The notes under the pieces were generated by a model. The model did not search any database. It saw only the letters and a list, made by a program, of their open reading frames with translations, and was not told the origin of the DNA. 64,000 bases of DNA from a virus: positions 28,439 to 92,438 of the IMG/VR virus record IMGVR_UViG_3300048598_000530; one strand, 5' to 3'. Positions 19,773 through 30,272 of the stretch are shown here, piece after piece (position 1 is the stretch's first letter; every line of letters begins with the position of its first letter). The position numbers were made by a program, and so were the translations under genes.

Positions 19773-22032
19773 TGTTGTTCTCTAAAAAAGTATTTTTTAG
19801 TGTTTCACGTATTACATTTTTTATCTTGCTGATATCATGAGTCTCACTTAATTTCGACTCAAGTTCAAAAGTTATTTTTGAAATATTTTCTGAATAGAGT
19901 TCTTTTGCAGCACTTACTTTTTCAGAAATAGGAATATCTTCCTTGATTTTTGAAGCAAAAATCTGGGGAATATATTTTACCATTGTTTCAATTCTTGTCT
20001 TACTACTTGATGTTCCGTTTAATGTCAATATTTCGTTTTCTAAATTAAGAGCAGCTCTTCTAGCATTTTGTGAAAACTTTAAGTCGTTAAGCATTAAATC
20101 AGACCATGCTTTTTTCGAATTCTCTTCGACAATAACTTTAGCACCTATTTGTTCAGCTTTATCTGGATCAACAAATGGAATATCAGGTATTTCTACTTTA
20201 TTTTCTGTTTCAGCAAAAAGCTTGACTTTTTTTACATCAGTTCTTTCTGGTTTTTGTCTTTTTTGAAGAGGAACTTCTAGTTCTTCAACGTCATTTTCTC
20301 TTTCTTTATCTTTTGCGTTCTCTTGTCTTTCATAACGTCTTTGTTCTCTTGTCTCACTTGTTTTAACTATCTTTTCGTCTTTTTTTGCAAACATTTCAGT
20401 TGAAGCATCAGGTATATATTTTAAACCCAACTCTTTTGCTCTAATTTCAGCAATTGCTGGAGCAAGAGTTCTACCTGCTTCAGTAGATGCACCATTCATC
20501 ATTGCAAAATAATTAATATCAAGGGGTGTACCCTCAAATTTCTTAAGACGATCTTTAACAGTTTCAGCATCAAGGCCAAAACATTCAAGCCAAGTTTGCA
20601 TATCAACTTGACCTTGTGTAACCATCTGAGCAAGCATTTGCTTATGTGCTGTATCATCAACAAAATTGAGTCTATTCCATTTTATTCTTGGATATAACCA
20701 TCTAACTTTCTTATCTTTTTTAGCTGTTCCTTCTTCATACTCTGCCCAGTCGTTTCTTTTAGCCATTGGAAGAAACAAATTTTGAATTACATAACTTTCG
20801 ATTCTTTCACGATAGATAGAGTATTTCTGATTCATAACTTCAAGAACTGTCTGACCATTTGCATAAGAACCTTCTCCTAACAAAAAGCTCTTATTAATCA
20901 TTAACCCTATCAACAATTCTTCGTTTATCCAGTTCCATTCTGACTCAAGTTGCATAAGACCTTGACTTGTACCTATAAGATCCCAATGTAACTCATAGTT
21001 TGTAATAATTGCATAGTCAGGATCAGCAAAAGCATTATCGATTTGCTCTCTTATTTGGTTAAGATCAGCCATTCCTGCAGCTTCTGTCCAAATCAAGTGT
21101 TTTGGTGTCAAATGTCTTGCTGCAATAGCATCTTGTGATTGTCTTAATCTGTCTTTATAAATAAGAGTTTTAAAATTTCTTTCAATAATTCCAGTACCTA
21201 CAAGATCATAATCAGCCATTTTATAAGCAACATGTGCAACATGGCTTCCATGATTAGGATCAGTGTTTAATGGAATTTTTTTCCCAGCTTGTATAAGTTC
21301 AATTACATCTTCAGGTATAGCTTTAAAAAGCGTACCTGTTTTGGGATTATCAGGACCATTATTAACAATTTTTTTCATTTGCTCGTTAGGAAGCAAATCT
21401 ACACGCATAATATCAGTAAATTGTAATTTTTCAAGTTCTATATAATCAGGATCTAAAAGAGTAAGTTTTGACCATCTATTTTTTGTTTCACTCCAACGAG
21501 CAAAAGGAAAGATATTTCCTAATTTATAGTATTCAACACCCATTTGCAGAAGTTTATTAAATAAATCAATACCTTCTGTTGAACACATCTCTTCATACTC
21601 TTCTTGAATTTTTCGCGTCTTAATCTTGTCTCTGCTTGGAGGTAATGTCATTCTTATACTTGATATAGGCAGTTCAGCATGACAATCTATAGCAGTACTT
21701 ACAAGAGGATCATATTTATAAAAATATCTACACCACGCATTTATTTCTCTATAATCTCTAGGTAATAATATTGAGCTTGGTTCAAATTCAGGATGATAAA
21801 ATCCTGGCATCGAATTTTTTACGCTTGCACCACCACCACAAACATTTGCTGTCTTGTTCATAGTTTTCGACATTTGATCTACAACATGAAGCAAACGTTT
21901 GTTATATTTACGAGGCTTTCCCTGGTAAAATTCTGAATCTATAATTGTAGTGTCATTTCCAAACTTAATTGTAGCGCCATTTTTTTTCATACCGCTAGTA
22001 TCAAGTTCAGAAAGTTTTTTTCTTTTTATCAT
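19762..22032 (-). CDS. Portal protein
   Basis: 756 aa, YKYDPLVSTAID portal-like stem motif, lies between terminase and protease. Confidence 0.7.
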   Translation of the reverse strand: MIKRKKLSELDTSGMKKNGATIKFGNDTTIIDSEFYQGKPRKYNKRLLHVVDQMSKTMNKTANVCGGGASVKNSMPGFYHPEFEPSSILLPRDYREINAWCRYFYKYDPLVSTAIDCHAELPISSIRMTLPPSRDKIKTRKIQEEYEEMCSTEGIDLFNKLLQMGVEYYKLGNIFPFARWSETKNRWSKLTLLDPDYIELEKLQFTDIMRVDLLPNEQMKKIVNNGPDNPKTGTLFKAIPEDVIELIQAGKKIPLNTDPNHGSHVAHVAYKMADYDLVGTGIIERNFKTLIYKDRLRQSQDAIAARHLTPKHLIWTEAAGMADLNQIREQIDNAFADPDYAIITNYELHWDLIGTSQGLMQLESEWNWINEELLIGLMINKSFLLGEGSYANGQTVLEVMNQKYSIYRERIESYVIQNLFLPMAKRNDWAEYEEGTAKKDKKVRWLYPRIKWNRLNFVDDTAHKQMLAQMVTQGQVDMQTWLECFGLDAETVKDRLKKFEGTPLDINYFAMMNGASTEAGRTLAPAIAEIRAKELGLKYIPDASTEMFAKKDEKIVKTSETREQRRYERQENAKDKERENDVEELEVPLQKRQKPERTDVKKVKLFAETENKVEIPDIPFVDPDKAEQIGAKVIVEENSKKAWSDLMLNDLKFSQNARRAALNLENEILTLNGTSSSKTRIETMVKYIPQIFASKIKEDIPISEKVSAAKELYSENISKITFELESKLSETHDISKIKNVIRETLKNTFLENNNEC

Positions 22033-22081
22033 TTTATTACCTTTATAAAAAGTATTAATCTGATTAATTCTTTAGAAAAAA

Positions 22082-22765
22082 TTAATCTAAAATATTCCAA
22101 TCAATGACAGAAGATTCATGGGGTCCATGTCTATGACGAAATCTAAATTCAGAATTTCTAATATAATCAATTATGTCTTGTTCATTTGCTCCTGTACTAG
22201 ATGCTATATCTGCTGCTATCTCTTGAAAAGACATAGTTGGATGTTGCTCAAGTTTTAAATTTATTTCAGTCTGTTGTTCTCCAGTAAGTGATGTTTTCTT
22301 AAGTTGATAACGTCTAATTGCTCTCTTAATATAATTTATTTGAGTTGATGCAGACTGGTTCAAACTATCGTTTAAGTCAGCATCATCAAGTGTTTGAAGA
22401 TTATCTAGTCTCTTTTTCAATATTTCTATTTGACCTTCCATGTCATAATCAGATTGCAAATCTTCAAGTTGCTTTTTCAAATCATCAATTTCAGTTTGCA
22501 TGTTGTCGACAGCACTTGTGTCTACAGGCTCAGTACCCGTATCAACAGATTCTGTTCCTATATCACTAAGAGGATCAGACTGAGTAATGTCTTGTGCAAG
22601 ATCAGGATTAGGTTGATCATCTGGATTAGCAGAATCAGCTGGCACATCAACAGGTTCGTTTGTTCCAGTAGCTTCGTCAGGAAGTGTGTCTTCAACAGGT
22701 GGTTCTAAAGGCATATCTTCAGGTGCTGCATGCATAACAAATTTATCAAGCCATGGATATTCCAT
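22082..22765 (-). CDS. Acidic hypothetical protein
   Basis: 227 aa with a D/E/P-rich N-terminal half and a coiled-coil centre. Confidence 0.55.
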   Translation of the reverse strand: MEYPWLDKFVMHAAPEDMPLEPPVEDTLPDEATGTNEPVDVPADSANPDDQPNPDLAQDITQSDPLSDIGTESVDTGTEPVDTSAVDNMQTEIDDLKKQLEDLQSDYDMEGQIEILKKRLDNLQTLDDADLNDSLNQSASTQINYIKRAIRRYQLKKTSLTGEQQTEINLKLEQHPTMSFQEIAADIASSTGANEQDIIDYIRNSEFRFRHRHGPHESSVIDWNILD

Positions 22766-22766
22766 A

Positions 22767-23009
22767 TTATCTCTCCTTTTTTCTTTTTAGTCTTTCTAAT
22801 GAACTTTTTTTGTATTCATAAAGTTTTACTTGTTTTTCCATTGCATTTAAAAGATCTAAAGCTTGCAATGAAAGTTTTTTTAAGCATAAAATATGAAAGT
22901 TTGTCGATATTTCTTCTTCTTTTTTTAAAGAACTAACATTTGAATTTAACTCTTGCGAATTTCTTTTCAATCTTTCTAATGCGTTTTTTACTTGCTCAAT
23001 CTCTTTCAT
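22767..23009 (-). CDS. Small coiled-coil protein
   Basis: 80-aa ORF abutting the terminase gene. Confidence 0.5.
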   Translation of the reverse strand: MKEIEQVKNALERLKRNSQELNSNVSSLKKEEEISTNFHILCLKKLSLQALDLLNAMEKQVKLYEYKKSSLERLKRKKER

Positions 23010-24875
23010 TTAGCGGGACCTTAATTGTGTTACTCTTTGCAAGTTTGTCACTGTTTTATGTGTTATTAAACGTCTTTTGTAAGCTTGATGACTAGATACT
23101 CTATCACCAGTAGCTACATAAGTTTGACTACCGTTTGTTCCAATAATACTTGCAGCACTAAAACCAAGTTCATTTCCTGTTGCAATATAAGAAGCATTTG
23201 CTAGAACATCACATAAGTCGTCTGTTGTTACCTCACCTTGTGTAGGTGCTTCAATAACAAATTGTTTTTTCCCGACTTTTTTCTCTTGCAAATTCTTAAG
23301 TTCTTTAATTCCTCTTTCAAGATAAAACAAGTCTAATCTTTCATCATAAATCAAATCTCTTAAATTTTTAAAGATTTTCGTATTATAGTGTCGACTAAAT
23401 GGTGTTTTTGATGCATTCACACCCATTTTTTTAAATTTCATTACAGCTGCTGTACTGTCAAACTGGTCATAAACAATTTTTACAACTCTAAATCTTTGAC
23501 ACAAACCCTCAATATATTCATGAATAATATCTTCATCTATATAAGGCAATCCTTCAAACTCAGGATCTTTTAACGACCATACTTTCCATCTGTCTAGAAC
23601 AACTATTGCTTTCTTTTCTTTTTTCTCTTTGCCATCTACAAGTCTTGTTCTTTCACGTTGTTCAACATGAACCATTGCTAGTGCGTAACCATTATGAGAA
23701 GAAGATGGATCGACAGCGATATAATGACCAGAATTATTATTGGGAGCTGTAGTTTCTGAATCTCTTTGTATGCAAGTGTCTATCTTTTCAGGATATCTAA
23801 AAAACCCAGATACAACAGAAGAAAATTCAGCACCAAACTCAGAGTCAAAAGACTCTGGGTTTCTTTTCTTTTCAGACTCTAAAAACTCGAAAGTGATTGT
23901 TTCGTTCATTTCCCAAGTTGGGATTCTGAACATTGCTTTGTTATGATCACCTTCTTCGTTTTCTCTTCCTACAGCATCTAAATACAGATCGTAAAAAATT
24001 CCTGCTTTAATATAAGGAGATGAAATACAAAGGATTTTGCCATCTGCACCAAAAGTAGCAATAGATGGAGTGAGCGCTTCATAAATCTGATCACCAGATC
24101 TATTTCCTTCATTATCAATATAATGTGCTATTTCATCAAGAATACCAATAATGATGTTTCCACCACGAATACCACGAGCTGTACAAGGCATTGCTTGAAT
24201 CTTTAGAGAAACATGAGGGTCTAGAGCTTTTCCGTGTATTCGCATTTCTTGAGTATAAAGTTCAAGGTCGCGTTTTGTCCTTAAACGAATCTCAGATTGA
24301 TTTTTACCTTCAAGATAAGGTGTAAACCATTTTGAATTAAGAATTCTGTTTTGTGTTGCTTTTGCTAAAATAAGTGCTTGATCTGTAGTACTAGCAATGT
24401 TGACAATACGTATTTCTTCACCTTGAGGCAATTTATAGTGTTTTTGAGGATCTACTTTTAAGATTAATTTATAAGCTTCATATGAAGAAATAACAGACGC
24501 AATAAAAGTTTTTCCAGAACGTCGACCACAAATAAGAACAAGTTCTATAAACTGTTTAGGTGTTAAATTTTTGATATTAGTTCTTGATTGTTGCATGAGA
24601 TAGTTAAGGTAACCAACTTCAGTAAAATGTTTACCTTCTCTATCAAAAGGAAAAGATCTAATTTTTATAGATTTTTCAGTATCATCTAAAGGAAGCCCAT
24701 AATAAATTTTTAAAACAAATTTTTCTACTGAATGTAATGGTTGGTCTAGATAAAATGGGTGCTCGCAAAAAGTGATAATATCAACTTCTTGTTCAGAATC
24801 ATCAATGAGTCCCTTTGTTGCTTCAGCAAAAAGGGACTCAAACGTGAATGAAGTGTCTAATGAATCAATTGGCAT
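23010..24875 (-). CDS. terL: Terminase large subunit
   Basis: Walker A GRRSGKT, Walker B ILDEIAH, RNase H-like HYIAVDPS and DDLCDVLA. Confidence 0.9.
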   Translation of the reverse strand: MPIDSLDTSFTFESLFAEATKGLIDDSEQEVDIITFCEHPFYLDQPLHSVEKFVLKIYYGLPLDDTEKSIKIRSFPFDREGKHFTEVGYLNYLMQQSRTNIKNLTPKQFIELVLICGRRSGKTFIASVISSYEAYKLILKVDPQKHYKLPQGEEIRIVNIASTTDQALILAKATQNRILNSKWFTPYLEGKNQSEIRLRTKRDLELYTQEMRIHGKALDPHVSLKIQAMPCTARGIRGGNIIIGILDEIAHYIDNEGNRSGDQIYEALTPSIATFGADGKILCISSPYIKAGIFYDLYLDAVGRENEEGDHNKAMFRIPTWEMNETITFEFLESEKKRNPESFDSEFGAEFSSVVSGFFRYPEKIDTCIQRDSETTAPNNNSGHYIAVDPSSSHNGYALAMVHVEQRERTRLVDGKEKKEKKAIVVLDRWKVWSLKDPEFEGLPYIDEDIIHEYIEGLCQRFRVVKIVYDQFDSTAAVMKFKKMGVNASKTPFSRHYNTKIFKNLRDLIYDERLDLFYLERGIKELKNLQEKKVGKKQFVIEAPTQGEVTTDDLCDVLANASYIATGNELGFSAASIIGTNGSQTYVATGDRVSSHQAYKRRLITHKTVTNLQRVTQLRSR

Positions 24876-24877
24876 AA

Positions 24878-25867
24878 TTAACTATGTTGTGCAACAATTT
24901 CAAAAACCATATCTTCAGTTGTTTTATATTTTGACATAGCAACTTTGACAAGTACTTTTATCATACTTGCTGTATAGAGTTCTTTAAGCTTAGGACTTTC
25001 TCTTAATTTCTCTCTACCAATTGCAATCCAATGTCGAACCATACGTTCAGTAAACGAAGGATCGACTTCTTTTTGTAGTTTTTCTGCAAGTTGATTGCTT
25101 GTCAACATATCAGCATTAGGATCGTCAGGATGATAATACATCATTAAAACTTTTTGTTCTCTTTCAGGAAGTTTTTTAATTTCATTCATAAAAACTTGCA
25201 TAATCTGTTTATTTCTTAAAACTTCATCTGGCAAAGGTTCATTGCTCTTAAGAGTGTCCATAAGAGTTATTGCATCACCACCTTTGTCGTCGCCACCAAT
25301 TTCCTCAGACATACTTTTTATTGTGTCAGAACCAAATAGCTTAAGAACTTCTAAAACTTTATCGACAGGCATCCTGATAATTTTAGCAAACTCTTCTAAA
25401 TCTGCTTTATTTTCATTTCCTTCGTCATCAACATTGTTAAATTCTGGCATTCTCTTGTTTTTTTCATAAAATGCTCGAAGAGCATTCTTAAATCTAATCT
25501 TGTACTTGTTGATATCAGAAACAATTTCGCCTTTTCCCAAAAGATTTCTAATAGAATGTTTATTAACTTTTGTGTTAAAAGCTTTAGCTATATAGCCTAC
25601 AATTTCGCCTGCAGACTTTGGTGTGAGATCCATGAGAATTTCAAGAAAACTTGTTTCAATGTGGTGTCTTATTTCGTTTCTCTCTTTAGTATTTGAAGCA
25701 AGTTCAGAAACAGACTTCATCTTTTTACCAATAAGACCACCAAAAGTCTCTCTTAAGTCTTCAAACGCTGTGTTTTTCTCTCTCCTTGAACTTTTAGAAT
25801 CCTGCAAAATTTTCACTGCATTTACAAGATCTTCATTTTCGAGTTTTTTTGATTTTAACCAGAACAT
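24878..25867 (-). CDS. Phage RNA polymerase sigma-70-like factor
   Basis: Region 3/4-like DAITLMDTL and IKKLPEREQKVLMMYY...QLAEKL helix-turn-helix. Confidence 0.7.
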   Translation of the reverse strand: MFWLKSKKLENEDLVNAVKILQDSKSSRREKNTAFEDLRETFGGLIGKKMKSVSELASNTKERNEIRHHIETSFLEILMDLTPKSAGEIVGYIAKAFNTKVNKHSIRNLLGKGEIVSDINKYKIRFKNALRAFYEKNKRMPEFNNVDDEGNENKADLEEFAKIIRMPVDKVLEVLKLFGSDTIKSMSEEIGGDDKGGDAITLMDTLKSNEPLPDEVLRNKQIMQVFMNEIKKLPEREQKVLMMYYHPDDPNADMLTSNQLAEKLQKEVDPSFTERMVRHWIAIGREKLRESPKLKELYTASMIKVLVKVAMSKYKTTEDMVFEIVAQHS

Positions 25868-25868
25868 C

Positions 25869-26123
25869 TTATGCTCCTTCTGTTTGTTTTGCTTTTCGTT
25901 TTTCTTTTCGTTTCTCTAAAATCCCTCTGCGCTTATCAGCATCTTCGCCAACTACACAATCAAGTAACCTATGTTCACTTCCTTTAACAACCCCTGAAAA
26001 CATCGACATAAGTTTTTCAACTTCACCTTTACACTCAGGACATTCAGGAATTGGTGAACTTACATGCAAATAATCTTCAAATTTATGTTTGCATTTTTTA
26101 CACAAAAACTCATAAATAGGCAT
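25869..26123 (-). CDS. FmdB-family zinc-ribbon protein
   Basis: MPIYEFLCKKC...CPEC signature. Confidence 0.85.
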   Translation of the reverse strand: MPIYEFLCKKCKHKFEDYLHVSSPIPECPECKGEVEKLMSMFSGVVKGSEHRLLDCVVGEDADKRRGILEKRKEKRKAKQTEGA

Positions 26124-26155
26124 AGACTACTCACTTTTTTAATTTCATTTAATTT

Positions 26156-26326
26156 TTAAACGTATACGCGTATCTTTTGACGCTCTTTGTAACGTTTTTT
26201 AATACATTCAACACAAATGACTTCACCATACATCGTTTCAATTATTTCTCTTGACTTTTTATCTATAATCTCTACTTTAATACGTGCATAATCTTCTTTT
26301 TCTAGATTGCAATTCGAGCAATGCAT
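26156..26326 (-). CDS. Small Cys-motif protein (56 aa, not in the ORF track)
   Basis: Hand translation MHCSNCNLEK...VICVECIKKRYKERQKIRVYV*; fills the gap between the FmdB genes. Confidence 0.6.
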   Translation of the reverse strand: MHCSNCNLEKEDYARIKVEIIDKKSREIIETMYGEVICVECIKKRYKERQKIRVYV

Positions 26327-26343
26327 CGTTTAATCCCTGTTAA

Positions 26344-26613
26344 TTATTTTATGTCAGACATTTTTGTCGTGCCTTCTCCAGATCTTTCTCTATCAATCAT
26401 TTTCGTCTTCATTCTTGCATTCTTTTTAAGCATTTGATCTTTCAATTTGAAACTCTGACTTGGACCATCACATATAAAGTTTGTTGTTGGTGTAAAAATT
26501 TTCTCACAAGTTCCTTTGCAAACTTCACAACTTACTTCTGGTGTAGATGCCATTGAATGAAATGCTTCCTGAATGTTCATACAAGATTTGCACTGGTATT
26601 CATACGTCGGCAT
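26344..26613 (-). CDS. FmdB-family zinc-ribbon protein
   Basis: MPTYEYQCKSC...CEVC signature. Confidence 0.85.
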   Translation of the reverse strand: MPTYEYQCKSCMNIQEAFHSMASTPEVSCEVCKGTCEKIFTPTTNFICDGPSQSFKLKDQMLKKNARMKTKMIDRERSGEGTTKMSDIK

Positions 26614-26830
26614 ATATTAATCCCCTTTAATTTTAATTTAATTTGTTTGTACTACTAAATTATATCTTGTTTTCAAGACTCTTGTTCTTTAAGTTGCAAG
26701 AAAACACAATATAGTCTCATAGCTTATTAGAAGAAGCGAGTATAAAAACTATAGAAATGAGAAATAATCTAATCTAAAGATGAGTTTGTAGAAGCATTGT
26801 TTTGAAGTTAAAATCCAAATGTTTCTTGAA

Positions 26831-27082
26831 TTATTTGAGTGTTAAATATTTGTCGATTAGTTTATGAATTTTGCTGTTGAAAGTGAAGCCAAGTTGATGA
26901 AAGAAGAAATGTAAAAATTCGTGAAATAGAATAAATAAGTTTTGATCATTTCTTATATAGATAGTATTAGATGCAGGATGATAAGCAGCTCTGTCGCTTT
27001 CGACTATCCATTGTGGTAGTTCTTTGCAAGTGACAATTTTGGGTAGTTTTATAAGTTTTAAAATATTTTTTCTTGATAACAT
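26831..27082 (-). CDS. Small HExxH (zincin-like) protein
   Basis: AAYHP...IYIR...LFHEFLH. Confidence 0.45.
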   Translation of the reverse strand: MLSRKNILKLIKLPKIVTCKELPQWIVESDRAAYHPASNTIYIRNDQNLFILFHEFLHFFFHQLGFTFNSKIHKLIDKYLTLK

Positions 27083-27999
27083 AAAACAGACTTTAAAAAA
27101 GTGACAACAAATTGTGAAATTCCAGGCGATGTTTGCTCACTATTACCTGCAATATTTAATGTTTTTATAGTATTACATTTTAACCAACTAACAAATTGTT
27201 TTTGTTGAAGCTCTAAATTTTTATTTATATCAACATCAAAATAAGGTTTATCATATTGTGTAATTGCTTTTAAAGTACATTTTTCGCCAGAAGAATCAAA
27301 GTTTGTAGCAAATCTAACTGTCCCATCAGACTCTTTTACGTTTTGAAAAGTTCTTGGTGGATAATAATATGAAGAATGCTCTTGCATTCCATACAAACTT
27401 TTAAACTCGTGTTTTCTTCCTTCTTGTGTTCTAAAACTTGCTGGCATCCAACCTCCTGTTTGTAATCCAAGAGATTTTGCTGCAATTAATCCAGCTTCAT
27501 TAGCTCCTGTTTGTCCACCTGATATAATTTTCTCTACTTGAATTTTGTACCAGTCAATTGTACTTGGAATACTTTTTGTTTCTCTTGCATAATCTAATTT
27601 TACAATTAAATCAGGTCTATGAATTTTGACCATTTTGCCGATAAGTGTCGTATGACAAAAAAAATTCCCATCACGTTCAATTTGCTCTTTTGATGAAGAA
27701 CTACTTGGGCACCAACAACAAAGTATGTATTGTTGATTTTTGTCTAAACTCTCAAGCCAAGCTTCTATAGTGTCCCAACGATCTGAATAACTTTCTCTTA
27801 AAACATTTATGTATTCATCGACAGAACTGTTACAATTTCCAAGTCTAATTCGAATTCCATTTATGTCTAAAGGAAATAAAAAATCTAGTTCTTTATATTT
27901 GCACCATTCAGGCTTCCAGCAAGCAACACTAAACTTATTGTCTAGTTCGTATTTTTTTGCTTCAAAAAACGATGTAAGTAAAATATTGAATTCTAACAT
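27058..27999 (-). CDS. Unknown N-terminal domain fused to a SLOG-superfamily (putative molybdenum-carrier-like) domain
   Basis: KIISGGQTGANEAGL...GGWMP...RTFQNVKESDGT...LNIAGN. Confidence 0.7.
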   Translation of the reverse strand: MLEFNILLTSFFEAKKYELDNKFSVACWKPEWCKYKELDFLFPLDINGIRIRLGNCNSSVDEYINVLRESYSDRWDTIEAWLESLDKNQQYILCCWCPSSSSSKEQIERDGNFFCHTTLIGKMVKIHRPDLIVKLDYARETKSIPSTIDWYKIQVEKIISGGQTGANEAGLIAAKSLGLQTGGWMPASFRTQEGRKHEFKSLYGMQEHSSYYYPPRTFQNVKESDGTVRFATNFDSSGEKCTLKAITQYDKPYFDVDINKNLELQQKQFVSWLKCNTIKTLNIAGNSEQTSPGISQFVVTFLKSVLCYQEKIF

Positions 28000-28053
28000 A
28001 GAACTTTATATACAAAAAGAGCTGACAAGAAATTTATTTGTCAGCTCTTTGTT

Positions 28054-28473
28054 TTAATTTATATGTTTATGAATCTGAATTACACGCTCTTGACCTAATG
28101 CTTTTTCTTTTGTGGGATGTCTACCCAATAATCTATCTTCATCATGTGTATATAAACACCATTGTTGCTCAGAATCAGGTCTTTCATCTTTATCTTTTTT
28201 AGGACATCTTTTAATTATTGCTATTTTGCTAGAACTATCTATAGCATCACTATTCGTATTCAATCTAGAAACCAATTGACTTATAAAGGATGTCAAATCT
28301 AGATAACTCGCGTTTTCTCTAAGTTTGAACTGTTTGATTAGTTCCTTAGACAGTTTTTTCTTTTTATAAAGAATTTCAGCATTTTGCTCTAACATGTCTT
28401 TGCCATTTTGAGCGTAATCGCGTCTTTCTTTTAAAGGTTCTAAGATTTGTGCAATAATTTTCTCTGTATTCAT
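28054..28473 (-). CDS. Hypothetical protein
   Basis: 139-aa ORF; C-terminal WCLY...LLGRHPTKEKA. Confidence 0.55.
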   Translation of the reverse strand: MNTEKIIAQILEPLKERRDYAQNGKDMLEQNAEILYKKKKLSKELIKQFKLRENASYLDLTSFISQLVSRLNTNSDAIDSSSKIAIIKRCPKKDKDERPDSEQQWCLYTHDEDRLLGRHPTKEKALGQERVIQIHKHIN

Positions 28474-28802
28474 CTTAAAACTTCAAACCTGAAATGTTTT
28501 TTTAAAATCTCGTTTTTTAAATTATTTTCAAACTGTGTTGCTGTTGTTTTTAAACTTGGATTAATTCCAATTGTGAAAGTTATTATAGGCGGTTTAGCAG
28601 CAAAATTTGCAGGTAGTTTTTCTTCAATTGAAGCAAACCCTTTTGTTTGACGGATAGTTTCAAGCAAAATTTTTAAACTTTCAGCAGTCAAACCTAAGCT
28701 TATTGACGTGCTAATCTCTTTAGTATTTTGACCAGGATCAGTTGGTAAAATAGCTTCTTTTAAAATTTCATTTGCTATTTTCTTGACTTGCTTCTGTTTC
28801 AT
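28470..28802 (-). CDS. Hypothetical protein with a shared N-terminal motif
   Basis: MKQKQVKKIANEILKEA. Confidence 0.5.
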   Translation of the reverse strand: MKQKQVKKIANEILKEAILPTDPGQNTKEISTSISLGLTAESLKILLETIRQTKGFASIEEKLPANFAAKPPIITFTIGINPSLKTTATQFENNLKNEILKKHFRFEVLR

Positions 28803-29049
28803 TAACTTCTTCTACTTCTTCTTCTATTTGTTGATTATTTGATACTCTTTTTTTTATAGCAGCATGACCCAAACCTAAAGCTGAAAGCAAAAATCCAAAA
28901 ATTGTTACAGCTTTATAAAAATTTAACGCAAAGCCCTCAGGAAATCCATTAGGCCAAATAACCAACATACTTGGAACAAGAACAGACCAATAGAGAAGCG
29001 CAATTGTTCTTTTTTTGCCATTAAGAGTTTGCCAAAAACTTTTTAGCAT
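28768..29049 (-). CDS. Holin-like two-TM membrane protein
   Basis: Two hydrophobic segments and a charged C-tail, near the endolysin gene. Confidence 0.45.
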   Translation of the reverse strand: MLKSFWQTLNGKKRTIALLYWSVLVPSMLVIWPNGFPEGFALNFYKAVTIFGFLLSALGLGHAAIKKRVSNNQQIEEEVEEVNETEASQENSK

Positions 29050-29067
29050 AAGTACCCCCTCCAGATC

Positions 29068-29325
29068 TTATCGACTTTTGTATTTCCAAACTGAGTAATT
29101 ATACTCAGTCTTCATGGTTGTAGGAAATAATTTAAAAATTTCTTTGATTTTATCTGCTGATAAACCAGCTTCTTGTGCATAAAAAAGCGTGTCATGAAGT
29201 CTAGAAAGTTGTTGTTCTGTGTGATCTTCAGGAGGACTTTGATCTGTTGTGCCCATGGGTTTATCTGGCACACCTTCTTTAATACTTGTTTTTAAAATTT
29301 TATCAGCAACTGCTTGCACATTCAT
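29068..29325 (-). CDS. Hypothetical protein with a shared N-terminal motif
   Basis: MNVQAVADKILKTS. Confidence 0.5.
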   Translation of the reverse strand: MNVQAVADKILKTSIKEGVPDKPMGTTDQSPPEDHTEQQLSRLHDTLFYAQEAGLSADKIKEIFKLFPTTMKTEYNYSVWKYKSR

Positions 29326-29771
29326 TATGATTCCTCCGTTGTTTCACCATCAAACTCTTCATCATCTTCTAAAGCATCTTTTTTTGTTTTATGAATTGTC
29401 TTATCTTTATGATGAGGTGGTGAATATATACTATACATTTTTAAATCTTCTTTACCAGTATTTACTATGTTGTGTGTTGCACCTGCAGGAACTACTACAG
29501 CTGATCCATTTTTTAAAGCATAAGAAGCACCATTAATTATTGCTTTACCTGAACCAGAATCAACTCTAAAAAATTGATCAACATCATGTACTTCTTCGCC
29601 AATATCTTCACCAGATTTTAACGACATCAAAACAAGTTGACAATTTTCAGCTGTATAAAGGACTTTTCTAAAATTCGTATTATCTACTGTATTTTTTTCA
29701 ATATCAGTAACAAATCCTTTTGCTTTTGATTCCTTAAATAAATTGCTAAAAACATTTGACTCGTATCTCAT
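29325..29771 (-). CDS. Cupin-domain protein
   Basis: NFRKVLYT...QLVLMSL...IGEEVH...VVVPAGATHNIVNTG; ATG at 29771 after AAGGA. Confidence 0.85.
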   Translation of the reverse strand: MRYESNVFSNLFKESKAKGFVTDIEKNTVDNTNFRKVLYTAENCQLVLMSLKSGEDIGEEVHDVDQFFRVDSGSGKAIINGASYALKNGSAVVVPAGATHNIVNTGKEDLKMYSIYSPPHHKDKTIHKTKKDALEDDEEFDGETTEES

Positions 29772-29781
29772 TTTTATTTCC

Positions 29782-30270
29782 TTATACAACTTCAGAATCT
29801 TCAAAATGTGGATAATCCTTGAAATTTTTCCAAGAACCTCCCCAAACAAGACCAACACTTTCTCCAATTTTACCAGCTTCAAAATAATCGCATATTTCGT
29901 TTTGGTTTACATTAACTTTCAAATCCCAAGTTGCTTTTCCATCTTTTGTGATAGCTATATCGAAAGCTCTTGATTTGTCGTTTTCTGTAACACTATCATC
30001 TAAATCTATTAAATGTTTACTTTTTAACGTTGATGTCACTTTATTTTGTGCTTCAGAAGCAGAAATTGGAGCAAGACCAGCAATTTTTCTGATAATATTT
30101 ACTCTATCTGGAGGTTGACGACCTTGCGCATACAACGCTTGCTGTTCTTTCACTGTTCTTGCTGTACATGTAACAACAAAAGGTATCTTAGCAGCGTCCA
30201 TCTTTTCTTTAAAAAGAGCAAATTTCTTCTGCATTGACAATGTTAAATCTTCTATTTTTCTTGATGCCAT
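29782..30270 (-). CDS. Endolysin, M15 family L-Ala-D-Glu peptidase
   Basis: RTVKEQ...SKH...AFDIA...WGGSW...DYPHFE zinc-peptidase motifs. Confidence 0.85.
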   Translation of the reverse strand: MASRKIEDLTLSMQKKFALFKEKMDAAKIPFVVTCTARTVKEQQALYAQGRQPPDRVNIIRKIAGLAPISASEAQNKVTSTLKSKHLIDLDDSVTENDKSRAFDIAITKDGKATWDLKVNVNQNEICDYFEAGKIGESVGLVWGGSWKNFKDYPHFEDSEVV

Positions 30271-30272
30271 AG

